A DNA stretch of 64,000 nucleotides from the human T2T-CHM13v2.0 reference genome, Homo sapiens, in the NCBI RefSeq assembly GCF_009914755.1, contig NC_060931.1; one strand, 5' to 3'. A program made the translations under genes and the position numbers. Of this stretch, positions 15,125 to 28,845 are shown one piece after another. The notes under the pieces are model-generated. The model saw only the letters and a program-made list of their open reading frames with translations, was not told where the DNA came from and searched no databases. Within the stretch, counting starts at the first letter, position 1, and every line of letters begins with the position of its first letter.

Positions 15125-15800
15125 GTCCTTCATATTCAACATGTTTAAACTGAATTCATGAGACACAAAAATAACAGCAAACCAAAGACTCCTGCTCGAA
15201 CTCTCTCTCTCAAATGGTACAAGGCACTGGCTCCCCTGTTGCAAATACCAGAAGGCTAAAGGCCACTCTTGACTTTTCTACATCATTTCCTCATATACTA
15301 ATTTCAGACTATCACAAGTCTTGTCAATTTCACTTCATAAATATCACTACAATTTCTCTTTCTCACCGTTGACACCATTACTGCAGTAATCTGGGCTAAA
15401 ATAATCACTCACCTTTATTACCACAATAGCTGGCTGGCTACCACCTTCCATCTGGCCCACCTGCAGTTCATCCAGCACATTGCAGCTAGAGTAATCCCAT
15501 CGAAACATAAATTATGCTGTCCACATATCCTCACCTCCCTTAAATCCTCAATTATTTCCAATGTTCTAAGGTTAAAGATAAAACAGCCTTGCGCCATCTG
15601 ACTCCTGCTTAATCTCCTATCATACCCACTCCAGCCAAAATGGACTTCTAGCTCTTAAGTCAGCCTTGCAATAAAGCCTTTTTACATGCTTTTCTGCATT
15701 CTCTTTATTATCTCGTTAATACGGACTCATCCTTCAAATCGCAATTTATAATTATTTCTTCAAAAAGCCTTTCAGATTCTCTTGACTAGGTCAGATAATA
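15125..15800 (+). mobile_element. L2 fragment
   Basis: ttcaacatgtttaaactgaattc...atcacaagtcttgtcaatttcac...cacattgcagctagagtaatc. Confidence 0.7.
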
Positions 15801-15879
15801 GTGTCATATTTAAAAGATTTCTGGTGTGATTTCCTGTTTATTTGTGTGGTTATTATATATGTTTTCTCTCCACTTTAAC

Positions 15880-16620
15880 ACCAACAATTCACACTTTACC
15901 TGCCTCAATCAGGCTTTTGCTCCACCACACCACTGAAATTCCCCTTTAAAAGGCCAGCAAAGATCCATCTTTCCCAATCCTGTAGTTGATCTGCAATCAT
16001 CTTGCTGATCTTCTCAGCAACAATTGACACAGCTCTTTCTTCTTGAAACGTTTCCTTTCTTGGCAGCAGAGGCAGTGCGTTCTCTTGGCTTTCTCTTCCT
16101 GTTCCTTCTTAATTACTCTGCAGATTTCTCTACCTCTTCTCTATTGCAAAAAAATTGGTTTACTCCAAGGCTTAGCATTGGACCTTCTTCTCTGTGTACA
16201 CTCAGTCCCTAAGGGGTCTCTTCTGGTTACAGGTCTACAAACAACTCCCAGATTTTTGTCTCCAACAACTCCCCTTAATTTCAGCCTCATATAACCACTG
16301 TCTACTTAACATCATCACTTGGAGATCTTAGAGACATTTCAAATATATTATGTCGATAGAGGAATGGAACACATTTTAAAAATAAATCTAAAATAGCACA
16401 TTAATTAAAACAGCACCCACTCTCCATCACTCTTGTTCCTCTTGCCCTGACTTATTTTCTTCATGACATATATATAAAATTGTATCATATATTTAATTTT
16501 TACTCTCTATCTTCTCCAAGAAAATGAAAATTTTAAAATATGCTACTTTAAAACTGCATTTCCGATGTCTAGAACAGCACCTGGCATCAAGTAGCTGCTC
16601 AAAATATATTTGTGAAATTA
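15880..16620 (+). mobile_element. L2a fragment including 3' end
   Basis: caatcaggcttttgctccaccacaccactgaaa...ctagaacagcacctggcatcaagtagctgctcaaaatatatttg. Confidence 0.75.
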
Positions 16621-19600
16621 CGTCACAGATAATATCAATCACTGTCGCTACACTGAAAACTCAATGGAGACATAAACTTCTTATGTGTTTAATTACCATT
16701 GTTTTCCCAATACCTGTTGAATGGGAGTTATTAAATGCTTTTTGGCTGCTTGAATAAGTAGAAATAATATCAGGGTAGTGCAATCTTACCAATGACAAAG
16801 GAGGACAGAGTTGCAACAAGGTGTAAATCTAGTAAAAACAGGAAATGCAAGAAAGACAAGAACTGGTAGAAGGAAAATATATTTAATAATTAGGAAGTTA
16901 TCAAATCATTTCAAAGCCAATTTAAGTATGATGCATACTGATAGCAGATGGTAATGGCTAAGGAAGTAGTGGGAGGCACAGAGACAGAGGCTCCAAAGGT
17001 AGGCATGATACAGTAGATACTATTCTAAACACACGGGTTCTTTTCATTCCATACACCAGTGTTGAAATTTCCTGCACAAACATAGCCATACCCCTCTCAC
17101 ACATACTTAAAAAGTCCTCTTCCTTACTGGGCATCTTAAATCCTAAAGGATTGTCCCTCTTCATTTTCCTCTTTGTGTGAATAAGGAGCCGTACATCGGA
17201 AAGTTGTGAGGATTGATCATTGCTTAGAATACATTACATTTCATGTTGCATTTCAGACTTTACAGCGAAAATATAAATGATATCCCCCTTACTTATTTGT
17301 TAGTGTAAGGAAAATAAAATGCCACTGGTAGATTTAAAAGCAAAGTGAAACTGGAATACCAATAAAAGACTGAGCAATCTAAAAGAGAATATTTGTTAAT
17401 TCTTCAAAGTTTCCCTTGGTTCTATTCCTTCACTTTCATCTTTGTGTAAAGAAGGTTTTGTATATCTGAAAATTGTCAGGGTAGAACATTGTTGTGAAAT
17501 TAAGTTTCAAAGTTGGCTACATTTAGGTAGTGTTTGAAGCTTCTTATTTAAATATTGAAATTGGGAAGTATAAGTACATAAGGATTTGGTAAGTGTAATA
17601 TTTCCTGGCCTGTCATAATTTTCTAAGTTTAATGATTTTGAAAACTCTTAGCTGGACTTTGTAGCTTGCATCTGGGTGTTTGACTCTGGGTAAAAGAGTA
17701 ACACCATGGATTGTAGCAGCCAGGAAATGTTAATTACATTATTAAAAAAGCAGCTAGAAGTGCAGGAGCCAGTCCACAAAAGACTCTACGCTGGTCAGAA
17801 TAAAAAGGCTGTTCAGGTTCCAGCATTGGCAAGAATGAGGACCATGACTCAGCTATGTTTAGCATTCACTTTGATTTACTATCATATCAGCAAATTATCC
17901 TTGTGAAGAATAAACACAAGATTAAGAATGCAAGTGAATAGATGCTCCCTGAGGCTTTATTTTATTCCACACAAGGGCATATCCAAAGTTCAGCTCTACC
18001 AGCATTCCATGTAGAGGGAGCAATCCTCTCAGTCAGCAAAGTGCAGAATATGGGAATTTGATCTCTTATAATCATCTGAATGGGAGGTTGTGTCAGGACT
18101 AAAGGGCTAGCCCCTTTAGGGGAGCTTCTTGTGGCATTTCAGATAAACACCTCTGCATTTTATTTCTTAGTGCTTTCTTAGACCATCTAAACTTCCAGTG
18201 TAGTAGGCCTGGTTATGGCCCACCAAAAAACCCACTTGAAAAGGAGATGGGAGATGGGAGAGGAAGCTCATCTCACAAATCACTGCTTGGTTTGGGAAAC
18301 TGAAGTTGTGTATCCAGCTAGCAAAGAATAAATAATCCTTGAATAGTAACAGACCACCAAAGTTTTTCTCATTGTAAAAGAAAAAAAAAGTTTCATAGGG
18401 ATCAATAGTTTATATTCAATCTCTAAGCAATCTAAAGTAGAAATGGAAAGGAAAAGAGTCCTAAAATAAAGACATAAAATTCCACTCCAAACTGACAAAA
18501 ACAAAAAGTATGGAATTGGAATCTGAACAGCATAAGATAGGGACAACTTTGACTTGATAGAAGTAGACATAATTTTTAACCCAGACCTGTCAAGGAAGTA
18601 TTTCTGCAAAGTCAAAATAAGTTTTTCAATTATTTTTCTGATTGGCCTGGGATAAATATAATACAGAAATACATTAACCCCTTTGGGTGATGTATAAAAA
18701 CAATGAAAAAGAGGAAAAGTAAAACATGTATGCATTAAAAAATGCATCAACTTGTCAGAATTTACCTAATCATAAAATCTAATGATATTCCTCAGTCTGA
18801 GAGTCTTTTCATTCCATACAGTTTTCATTATCTTGCAAAGTTATACCATTAAAAATCCCACAGATAAAATTAATGAGGGCACATGCTATATTGTGTTCCA
18901 GACAAAATGACTGAGTATATTTTTTAGGTCACAGCTAACCCTATTTATATAGCTTACGTAAAATTACATAGGAAAGAAATGCCAGATATTTAAAAGTTAT
19001 TCCAGGGACAATCTCATTTTATGATTTCTGAAGCTAAATAGCATGATTTTTGATAGATGAGAAATGTACACTTGCAAAATAGACTAGTATACTACTATGG
19101 ATAAATCCATTTGAAGCTACAGTTTGCTATAAATCATGCTTTTCCTCTAACATGCCTTCGCTTATCTCATTAGATAATATTTACTTCCATGGAAAAATGA
19201 TGTGGGGATAGGGCTGTAAGAAATGAAGTCCTAGCACAAGTGACCACCCACTCCTGAACTGAACCTGGAAATCATGACAAAAATCTTTAATAAGCATTTC
19301 TCCACACTTCATATAGTAAATATGGGATGTGTCTGAGAAAAACATTTTCTTTCTGTTACTGTGGGCATATTATCCTTTAAATGAGACTCCGAGAAAGTGA
19401 CATAGCACTGGGGAAAATACACCGGCTAATCACCTATTCTCCTCACGTGTGTGACCTCTTAGACTTCTGTTTACTTCCTATAAGACCTCAAAGACTCCAT
19501 GCTTGTTCTTGTCAGACACCGAAAATAACGTTCATCCCTCCTCTTTATATCCAGGTTCACAATCTGAATACCCATGACCAATTCACAGAATGCCACAAAT

Positions 19601-19852
19601 GAAAAAAAAAAAAATCCCTAAATCTAACTTACGCTTCTGAAATTGATTAAAGAAAGCTCCAATGACTACACTTAGTCGAATTAAAAATAATTTCATTCTC
19701 TCAAAATAGAATAACATTATTGAGTATTATCTCCAGAACAAGAAAATATAAGTATTACTGTTAAACATAAAAGAGAGGAAAATATGGTAACGTACAGGTA
19801 CTTGTTCAGCATCAGTACAAACCATACTGATAAATGGACCAAGAGGAGGTAC

Positions 19853-19943
19853 CAGTACTCCCACCTTATCCACAGGGAATACGTTCCAAAGCACCAAGTA
19901 GATGCGCGAAACCGCTAATAGTACCAAACTCTATATATACTAC
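19853..19943. mobile_element. MER44/Tigger7 (TcMar-Tigger) terminal fragment
   Basis: cagtactcccaccttatccacagggaatacgttccaa...gaaaccgctaatagtaccaaactctatatatacta. Confidence 0.75.
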
Positions 19944-20087
19944 AATATAGTGCATTTCAGAGAATGAAGAAGATAGTCACTTACCTCTTTAATAACGTAG
20001 ACAAAACGATAAAAACACTGTTGACCCAGAGAGATGCTTTATGAGATAACTCATCATCCCTAATCAAGAAAGGGGCATTATCAGAGT

Positions 20088-21205
20088 TCACCTACTTATT
20101 CAGTGCTTTTTAGGTACCTGTTTTATGCCAGGCAATGTTCAAACCACTGGAGAAAAACAAAGAACCAGAGACACAATAGGAGTGCAAGTAAAGCGGAAAA
20201 GCAGCACTGAAAGAATGAATACTTTAAGCAGCTTAATGTCAAAGGAACATTAGATTGGAAGAGAACAAAGTGACAATAGGTATTGCTGAAGAGATAAAGA
20301 GGGACCATGTTATGAAGCTTTGCATAAAAGCAAGGGATACAGAGAAGGTTGTGAGTAGAGAGAAGTAGGGTTAACGTCATTGAGGATATTAATGATTTTT
20401 AAATTAAAATCCAAATTTAATTCAAATGCCTCAATGCTAGTACCCAAAATAAAAATAAATGACACAAAGAAGAAGTCAAAATACTTATCTCTCTTTTCAT
20501 AAGAAAATATGAAGTACCTGGGTGGCAGGGCTCTGTAAGAAAACTGCTGTGGACAGTGAAAAGAAAAATAAAACATGGACATTTAGAAGAATTACCAGGG
20601 TCAGACTGAGATGAGAGATCATAGACTTATTATGACACCAGTTTTCATAGTTTTGTGATTTTCAATAGCATTCAATACCCCAATTGAAAATGCAAAGCCA
20701 TTGAGAAAGGGTAAGGATTTTGCCAGACAGAAAAAGGAAGGAAAAGAGTAATACAGGAAAATAAAGATTTGTGCAATAGAGCTATTTATATTGTATACTA
20801 GGTCTTCTTTGGACAGTAAGAGAAGGGAGAATGAGAAAAAAGTCATGGAAGAAAATGAGGTGGGTCAAGCTACTGGATATTGGTGGGAGGAAGAGAGAGC
20901 AATGTTATCACTTAGTGTATCTCATGATTTCAAAGTGGAGAAGTTCCAGGTAATACCAAGATCCAGAATGGAGGCAATGCCCAGTGGATAACGTGGAAAG
21001 AAGTAGAATGTCAGCGAAGGTAAGGCGATTAAGGGATTTCTGCCAAGGATAATTGACTTACCTTACCTATGTACTCTAACCAATCCTAACGATGACAAGA
21101 GGTATAAATAAAGGAAAATTGCCATACAGACCTCTAAATCAGAAAGAGTAATAAGGAAGATAATAGATGACACTGAGGGGTAGATGGTGGTAATGTAATC
21201 AAGGC
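20088..21205 (-). mobile_element. Fragmented L2
   Basis: Antisense L2 3' end (ttattcagtgctttttaggtacctgttttatgccaggc) followed by purine-rich degenerate L2 body. Confidence 0.55.
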
Positions 21206-21582
21206 AAAATGAAAAACATATACATATATATTTACATATAAATAAATGTGTATATATAAATACATATGAATAAATTTACACATTAAGGTAAATTGTTATC
21301 ATTATAAATTCATGATTATCTTGTCAAATATCCATCTCCACCTGCCCCCACAATACAACCTAGATCATAGTACATGACTCTGGTCCAAAACCTGTCTAAT
21401 TTTATCCATAAACTTCAAATTTTCTCCACCTTGTTCAAACTCTACAGAGAAAATTTAAAATCCAGAAATATCCCTAACTTATGACTATAAAACCTAAATA
21501 CCTGTTCAAATTGTTATATTCTTTCTTTTCTCTGCTTTTTCTTTATAGGCAGTGTACATTCTGGTCAAAGTCAACTAATACC

Positions 21583-21625
<43 letters not shown>

Positions 21626-21750
21626 CACATATGTATATGTATATATGTACGCATATACATATCTATGTGTATATATACACACACATATGTGTGTGTATAT
21701 ATACATACATATATAGATGTATGTATATATGTATATATGTGTATATACAC
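21583..21750. repeat. Compound (TA)/(TG)/(CA) microsatellite
   Basis: atatatatatatgtgtgtgtgt...gtatacacatatgtatatg. Confidence 0.92.
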
Positions 21751-21829
21751 TTTTCGTAGATATTTAAACATAATCAAAAATTCCCAATTCAGAAACATAA
21801 AAGCTGTTTCAAACTTCTATTATTCTCCA

Positions 21830-22760
21830 GAAACAGCTCTACCTTTCTTTAAACCTTCATAGATTAACTCTTTGAATGAGTCACTCTGTCTCCATTTCCT
21901 GAACTCCTACTCACTCAACAAGTTTTTGTCTGGGTTTCACCCCTCATCACTCCAGCAATACATGTTTAGCTATAATCACCAGTGATCTTCCAGTGTTCAA
22001 ATCCAATGAGTATGTTTTAGTTCTCATCTCAATTAACCTCTCAGCAACATCCAACAGTGATGATTACTTTGTCATCCTTAAAAGACGTTTTTTCCTGGTC
22101 TTTAGAACATTCCAGGTTTCTGTTGCTGTTTTCTTCCTCTATAACAAATTGTTTTCATTCTTTGCAAACTCTTCTATTCCAATGCACTTTAAAAGTATTA
22201 GGATATGTCAAGATTTGTTCCTAAAATTACCTCCTTTTTCACTCTACGTTCTCTTCCCAGGGATTTGTAGCGATGCCAAGACTTCATTCCCCATCTATGC
22301 CACCAAATTTTTATATCTCTTTCCTAGTTCGTTGCCGTTATCTCTTTAATCATATAGCCAACTGTTCACTCTAGAATTACACTTGAATAAATGAAAGAAA
22401 TACTCGTTTTCACAGGAGGATAAAAGAATAATGATTTCTAGGTATATCTTGAGAATTGCTTTTATTTTCCCCTCTTGAGTAAATTTCTATTCTTCCCTCA
22501 AGATCTAACTCAAATTCTAAATTATCTGTGATTAATTCCTGAGTCTCTTGTTCTCCCCATCTCCTATAGCAACATGTGCCTACTTCTACAACTGCACATA
22601 GCCCATGGTATTATAATTTATACATGTGTCTTCCTCCAAATCCCAGTATAGGATCTCCATAATGTCAAAATCGGGTTCTGTTCATAAGTTTTTTTTTCCA
22701 GAACCTACTACTCTGATGTATGGTAGGTGCTCAAAAATTTTAAGTGAACATTTAAATGCC
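21830..22760 (+). mobile_element. L2 fragments
   Basis: gtttcacccctcatcactcc...tcaccagtgatcttcc...aaatccaatg; 3' end tggtaggtgctcaaaaattttaagtgaa. Confidence 0.65.
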
Positions 22761-22767
22761 AATAGAC

Positions 22768-23030
22768 CAGTACTTCCTAAAATGTGCTCCAGGGTTTCCA
22801 AATATATATTAATAGATGCTCCCAGAAGGAGGGATTCTGTGGTTAAATAAGGCCAGGGAAGTTTATACTAAATCCTGTTTTAGAGATGCCGATTCTCATG
22901 TGAAGGACTATAAGAAGTTCCTAAAATAAAAAACTGTTCAACTTTATTTAATATTTAAATAAGGAAGATGTCTTTCTCTTTTCCTCTTTTAACATACGTA
23001 TTAGCATTCCTCAAACAGTCTTTCTTTATC
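22768..23030 (+). mobile_element. hAT-Charlie fossil (MER112-like)
   Basis: cagtacttcctaaaatgtgctcc...gggattctgtggttaaataag...aaactgttcaacttt. Confidence 0.5.
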
Positions 23031-24229
23031 TCTTAACATAGTTTGAATTTTAACTCATGAGGATAAGCAAAACGCATATTAGAGAACCAGAGAGGATGGC
23101 ACCTTCTCTTTGATCAGGATGCTCCATGGTGATAAGACACAGGCGCTAATTTCTTTAATGTAGCTTTGAAACTTCTTAGTGGAGAAAAATTTTTTATCAA
23201 TATGGCATTGCTATATATTGACAAATACATCAAATCTAACATATTCTTCTTGTGTTTTGTTTTCTACAAAGTCACTAATTCAGGACATTGCCTAGCCATA
23301 AAGAATAGCAATATAATTACAGCCACATTCAAGCCATTGTTTTGTTTTGTTTACTGAAAGTGCTCTTTCACTTTTGATATTATCTTTTTGATAATATAGT
23401 TGCCTAAGCACCAAATGTACCACCATGCAGTTATGCAGGTACCTTGGACAAAAAAAGCATTAATAGCTCTAAAACAAAATTTCCACTTGAAGCTCAAAAG
23501 CCTTATCACTTCACTTTCAGAATATGTGGTCTAGTAGTTTGGATAGAGTACATTCAAAGCCAGACACCCAAAACAACAGTCCTCCCATAAATGGCTTTTA
23601 TGCTATGTTATCTTTAATGTGTAACAAAGAAGAAATCTCTATTTGCCAAATAGAAACTTCTAATATATATCATGACAAACAACATTATATAACAATAGAG
23701 CACCCCTCCTAGTGATCAGAATTCTCATGAAGAACAACATGATAGCAAAATGACTCATCAGCTTTTTGTGCTGTTTTTCTATGTGGGACAAGTGTGAGGA
23801 AGTTACAGGTTGTTTATGTGCAGCCCAAAATGACAGGCAAGAGAAGTTACTAAGCAACATTAAGTACTTGCATTTTTCTAATCTTTAAAAGCTGTCCAAA
23901 GCAGAATAATCCTATAATATACAGGTAACAGGAAAAGCAATGTGGGAGTTATGTTTTTGACTGAATGAAAATGTTTTGTTTAATAATTCTAAAATTCTGA
24001 TTCACTGTGAGTTCATCTGTTTTAGTCTTAAAAATTGCTTCAGGTGTATAAGCCTCTTCTACTCACTGCCACCTGTTATACTCACTGTCAACAAGACAGA
24101 CCAGGTCTACAATGAAAAAAACATAATGGAGGTTTGCAGGTGGGGCAGGAGTGGTCCTTATGCCTCCTGAAACCAGCTTGTTCTCCTATTAATTATATTA
24201 TTCCTATTATGCAAATAGGATCTTCTGCT

Positions 24230-24440
24230 CATCTAAACATCAGCTCTTTGTTCCTTTCACAGCACTATTACAACAGCAAATCATGGACTTGTTTCCTTGT
24301 TTAGGTCTGTTCATATCCGTCTTTCACCAAAGTGCAACCTTTAGTACTGTAGGAACTTTTCCATCCATTCCTCTTCTTTCACCGATCCTGGCAGAATGCT
24401 TGACACAGAGTAGCCCGTCAGTGACTAAAGGATGAATAGG
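24230..24440 (+). mobile_element. L2 3' end
   Basis: cctggcagaatgcttgacacagagtagcccgtcagtgactaaaggatgaat. Confidence 0.5.
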
Positions 24441-25317
24441 ATACAGGACCGTGGTATAAGTAAGTACTTCTGTCTCCTAAGGGATAGTTTTCTTATCTCT
24501 ATATGAATCTTAGACTTCCCAGAACTAGCTGAGTATGACTGACAATCTCCATACACACTAGGGAAGGCAAGACAAGTGAGAATTCTCCAGCCCTTATTTC
24601 TTTTCATTAAGGAACCAACAAACAGATTCATTGGTCAAGAGCCAAACAAGAAACACTTCCTTATATTTTCTGTCTCAGCAAAACAAGTTACTGAATAAAC
24701 TACAAACTCATCTTTTCTGCGTGAAGTTTTGTTTTCAGGTCAAGGATCTTGTCATGCTTTTCTATAGCACCTCTGTTTCTTCTTCCTTTCCAGTTCATAT
24801 AATCCAAAGGGAGTTTGATCTAGAAACTAATAGGTTTCCTCACATCAGAGATCATATTTCCCCAACATGCTTAGGTACAAATAGCAGAGTAGCCAATATA
24901 AAGCAAAACAGAATATCCTTTTGTATATTAAAGGATGATAGTTATGACTATGTTTTCAGAAGATCAGAGGAGAAAGAATGAAAGACCTTTCCTCATCATT
25001 TTAGGTAAGGGAAAGGGAGTTAAAATTTCTGAGGATTAATTGCATGCCAGATGTTCTTCTGGGTAGTTTATGTGTGTTGTTTAACTTATCTATGTTAATA
25101 GTTACCTCTTTTTATATTTTAATAAGAATATTTGGGGCACAACGGTAAGTAATGAAATCTTACAAAGTGTTTATAATAATATTTAATAAATTTTGTAGCC
25201 TCAATAAATATTTTATTAATATAAAACTAAGAAATATTTTTAGATTTAGATTTCATTTAGAACATTTTCTTTACTACTGATACTTTTTCTCTGAGACAAT
25301 ATTCCAAGTAAGTTGGA

Positions 25318-25540
25318 AATAATAGCTAATATTTTTTAATGTTTATTATGTGTATTCTGTTTAAGCCCCTTACATTCATGATTACGTCATTTAATTTTAT
25401 GAAATGGCTTGTATTTTCATTATTCCTGTTTTACAAGGAGAAGTCTAAAGCATAGAATTTAAGTTACTTGCTTAAATTCATCCAAATAGTAAGGATTTTA
25501 CATCCAGACAGTTTGAACGCAGAAAGTAAGTTTCAAGTCC
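25318..25540 (-). mobile_element. MIR SINE
   Basis: aatagctaatatt...cattattcctgttttacaaggagaagtctaaagcataga...aagttacttgc. Confidence 0.65.
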
Positions 25541-26644
25541 TATATCATCAAACCTAAGAAAATGATGAAACTCAATAAAACTTCTTTTCATATTGAGAAA
25601 TTATATATAGAGTTGACTTCTCCATAACCTTATTCACAATTCCATCTCATTATGAACAATCAGAACAAAATACACAACTTGGGATTCTAAAAGAAAGTGT
25701 ATTATAAAGCATGGCCCAGCTGCCTCACTGGGGGAAACTCATTCCGAGATTACTCTATTGATGGAACTCTAAAGACATTTTAAATAGCTGCGCATTTCTC
25801 ATCCCATCTGTCCTTCCCCTGATTATTTGATAACTGATTCATGTGGATTAGAAAGAAGACTAAAATAGGATAGTTTGACCTAAGATGGTACTTTAAAAAA
25901 AATTGTATTTGGAAAGCCCTACGTGTTATACAGTTCACATAGATACAATATTTGAATACTAAATGAAATAAATGTATAAAAATGGAATTTGAAATTAGAA
26001 TTTAAAATTAGAATTTTAATTATCACATAACCTGATAATTTGTAGGACAGGGTTTCTGGATTGAATTTCCCACCATCAACCATCACTTTACTCTTCTCTA
26101 GTGGTAGTGAAGTCTTGAATGTCTGCTTGCAGATATGATTCACTATTTATGAGCTATGATTGAATTAAAATCAGTGTGTTTTTTCTAAAGGGAAATAAGA
26201 GTTTAAGAAACAATTAAAAATCACCTTTTCACAACTTCACACTATTGTCCCACAAGAGCAAAACATCTTTGATGAACCACTTATTCTACCATTTGGGTTT
26301 TTTTCCCTCCCTAAATCTATGTTAATAACCTGAAACCAGAAAATAGGTATCAGTAAAAATTTTAATTTTGTGATATGGAAATAAATATTTTATCCATCAT
26401 ATTCCAAAATATTGCCCCACGTATTCTAAATATGTAACACCACAGAAGGTAATAAATGTGTTCTGAGTAATTTTATACTAATCATGACTTCTACTTATTA
26501 AAATACACACTTGCTCTCAGACATCATAGTTTTTATTTGAAAGCCAGTTCTCTAGTCTTTGGTGGGCAGGGGGCAAAGGCAAAATATTGTGGAAGTGGGA
26601 CTACCTATTCCTTCAGCGGATAGAATTAGAGCCTGTAATACAGT

Positions 26645-27040
26645 TCATTAAAAGAAGTGTTTATTAAGCTCCAATATTATATTAGACACTGTGTTAAGCA
26701 CTAAACTTCCAAAGATAAATAAGGTTGAACCCCTTCCTCAATGTAAAAAACAGATTATTTCAATTCTCTGTGGCATATTCAATAATAAAGGCAAGCACAA
26801 GTTTCAGTGGAACCATATAGAAAGACTGTTGGGCCCGTGGTAGAATCCAACTAGATACCTCAAAGTGTCATGATACTAGAGTAGGAGATTAAAGGACAAA
26901 AACACATTATCAAATGAAACACATTAGCATGGAGAGCGGGCAGAGGAGTTTGGGTGTCCAAAAGTAAATTACAGAGAGCCAAATGTAAGCAGAGACAAAG
27001 AAGGTGCAACATTGTGCGAACTGTGGAGGGTTATAATAAG
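26645..27040 (-). mobile_element. L2 3' fragment
   Basis: ttcattaaaagaagtgtttattaagctcc...agacactgtgttaagcact. Confidence 0.55.
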
Positions 27041-27074
27041 CCAGTGGTGGTTAATAGTGGATTTAGATCCTTTT

Positions 27075-27310
27075 GGTTAGAAGAGTGGTCTCCAGAGCTA
27101 GACTGCCTGGGTTCAAACCCCGGCTCTATTCCTACCAGTTTGTAACTGTGACAAGTCACTTAACCCTGTTGTCCTTCAGTTTGCTCTTTTATAAAACGGG
27201 AATGAGGATAATAATTATCCCATAAGGGTATGATCAAGATTAAATATGCAAGATATTTATAAAGGCAAATGCCATGTAGTAAGCACTCAATGAAAGTTAC
27301 TATCATTATT
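27075..27310 (+). mobile_element. MIR SINE, near full length
   Basis: gagctagactgcctgggttcaaaccccggctct...gacaagtcacttaacc...tagtaagcactcaatgaaagttactat. Confidence 0.85.
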
Positions 27311-28609
27311 TTTAAACTAGAAGAGGAAGGGAGCCAATGAGCAAGAGAGCTGATTTTAGCACCACATTCAAAAATCAATCCTGAAAACTAACTCTATTCC
27401 CAACCCCAACCTGAAGTGTCACAAATGACAAGAGAATGAATCAGGGCCAACAATGTGAATGTATTTGCAAAGCTCTGTCACCACATACACATCTGACAAT
27501 AGCTCAGGAGCATCCAGTTCGCTTATGGAGCGAGTCCATTTATTCTCTGATTTTGAAGGTAACAGCTTTTGTGCTCCTTGAATCTATAGTGATCGGCATA
27601 TTGCCAATCAAAAATAACTGAGTTGGGGACATTGTGTTTCAAGTTTACAATGCAATACAAATTCCCTGTTAAAAGGCAAATCCTTCATTTCAAATTGTTG
27701 ACTCAGAATATCCTTAAAAAAGAATTTCGGCTGTTTAAATTTAGCATGCTGAGAAAGACCAATCTTAAAATATTGTTTGGCTCTACGCCCATAACATTTT
27801 CACTTTATTCTTTGTTAGTGTTTGTCTTCTGTGATAAGACAAGTGACAGTAATCATGTTAGTCTCTGTAACACTTCACATTTTACCTAAATGAACCATTT
27901 TGTTTTTATCCTCACCAGTTAAAGATGGCTTTTGCTTCCTGGCAAATTTTCAGAAAGTGATTGTGCAAGAATCAGCGATATGTCCAATTACTCTTTTACC
28001 TCTTCAGTCAGCATCTGGCCTTTCTCCGCCACTTGTCTTTGAATCATTGTTTTTCCACTTTTAAAAAGAGTATGTAAAGGAGATTATCTGATGACTAGCA
28101 TAATCTAATTTTTATAATAAGACTTTACAGCTATTTAAAGAGATGTTTTGAGTCTGCACTTTATCTGTGACTAAAGATCTCTACCCTACACACACACCCC
28201 AAAGAGTTTGTTATTTAGTGTCCCTCAGGACAAAGAGTGTGGACATATTTTTGGACCAGCCTTCCACTATATGATTCCCTTATTTTCTTTTTATACCTCT
28301 CTGTGTTTAGATCTTCCAACTTTTCTCCTCTCATATTAACTGCATTATCTTCCATTTCCTTCCTGGAAATGTCCCCATGTTCATTTTCAGAGTTTGGGTA
28401 GCCAAAGCAAAGCCTGAAATTGGAATCGTGAGTGTGCCAACTTTGGATCTGGGGTCAATGCAGGTGGATTCCAGTTTAGGTGGATCCAATTTTGGGTATC
28501 ATCAGAGAAGGAAGATCTCTCAAGCACTATCCACCCACGGCATCCACAAAATAATATGCTCAACCCCACCCTGATCCATAGTAGAGTACCATTTTAATTT
28601 TTTTTAAGT

Positions 28610-28845
28610 AGCAAAGCAGTTAAGAATTAGAGTTAGTCACATCGAGTGGTAAATTCTAACCCAGCATTCACTAAATACGTTGCTTTCAGAAATTTGTTTA
28701 TTCCCCCTGAGTTTGAGTTTTTTCTAAAGGGGAGAAAATGCCATCTCCCTCCTGTGAGGGGCATATGTAAATGAGAGAGCATATGTAAAGCTCTTGACAC
28801 AGTATGTGCAACTGCTGCACTCAAAATAACTGCCCACTACTACTC
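28610..28845 (+). mobile_element. MIR SINE
   Basis: gcagttaagaattagagttag...atatgtaaagctcttgacacagtatgtgca. Confidence 0.6.

Noticed and set aside
18280-18750. Longest ORF in the window (156 aa)
   Set aside because: Non-ATG start, F/L/I/Y-rich composition typical of AT-rich non-coding DNA, no recognisable domain or splice context.
21481-21862. Overlapping ORFs rich in C/V/Y/I/H/T
   Set aside because: Translations of a dinucleotide microsatellite.
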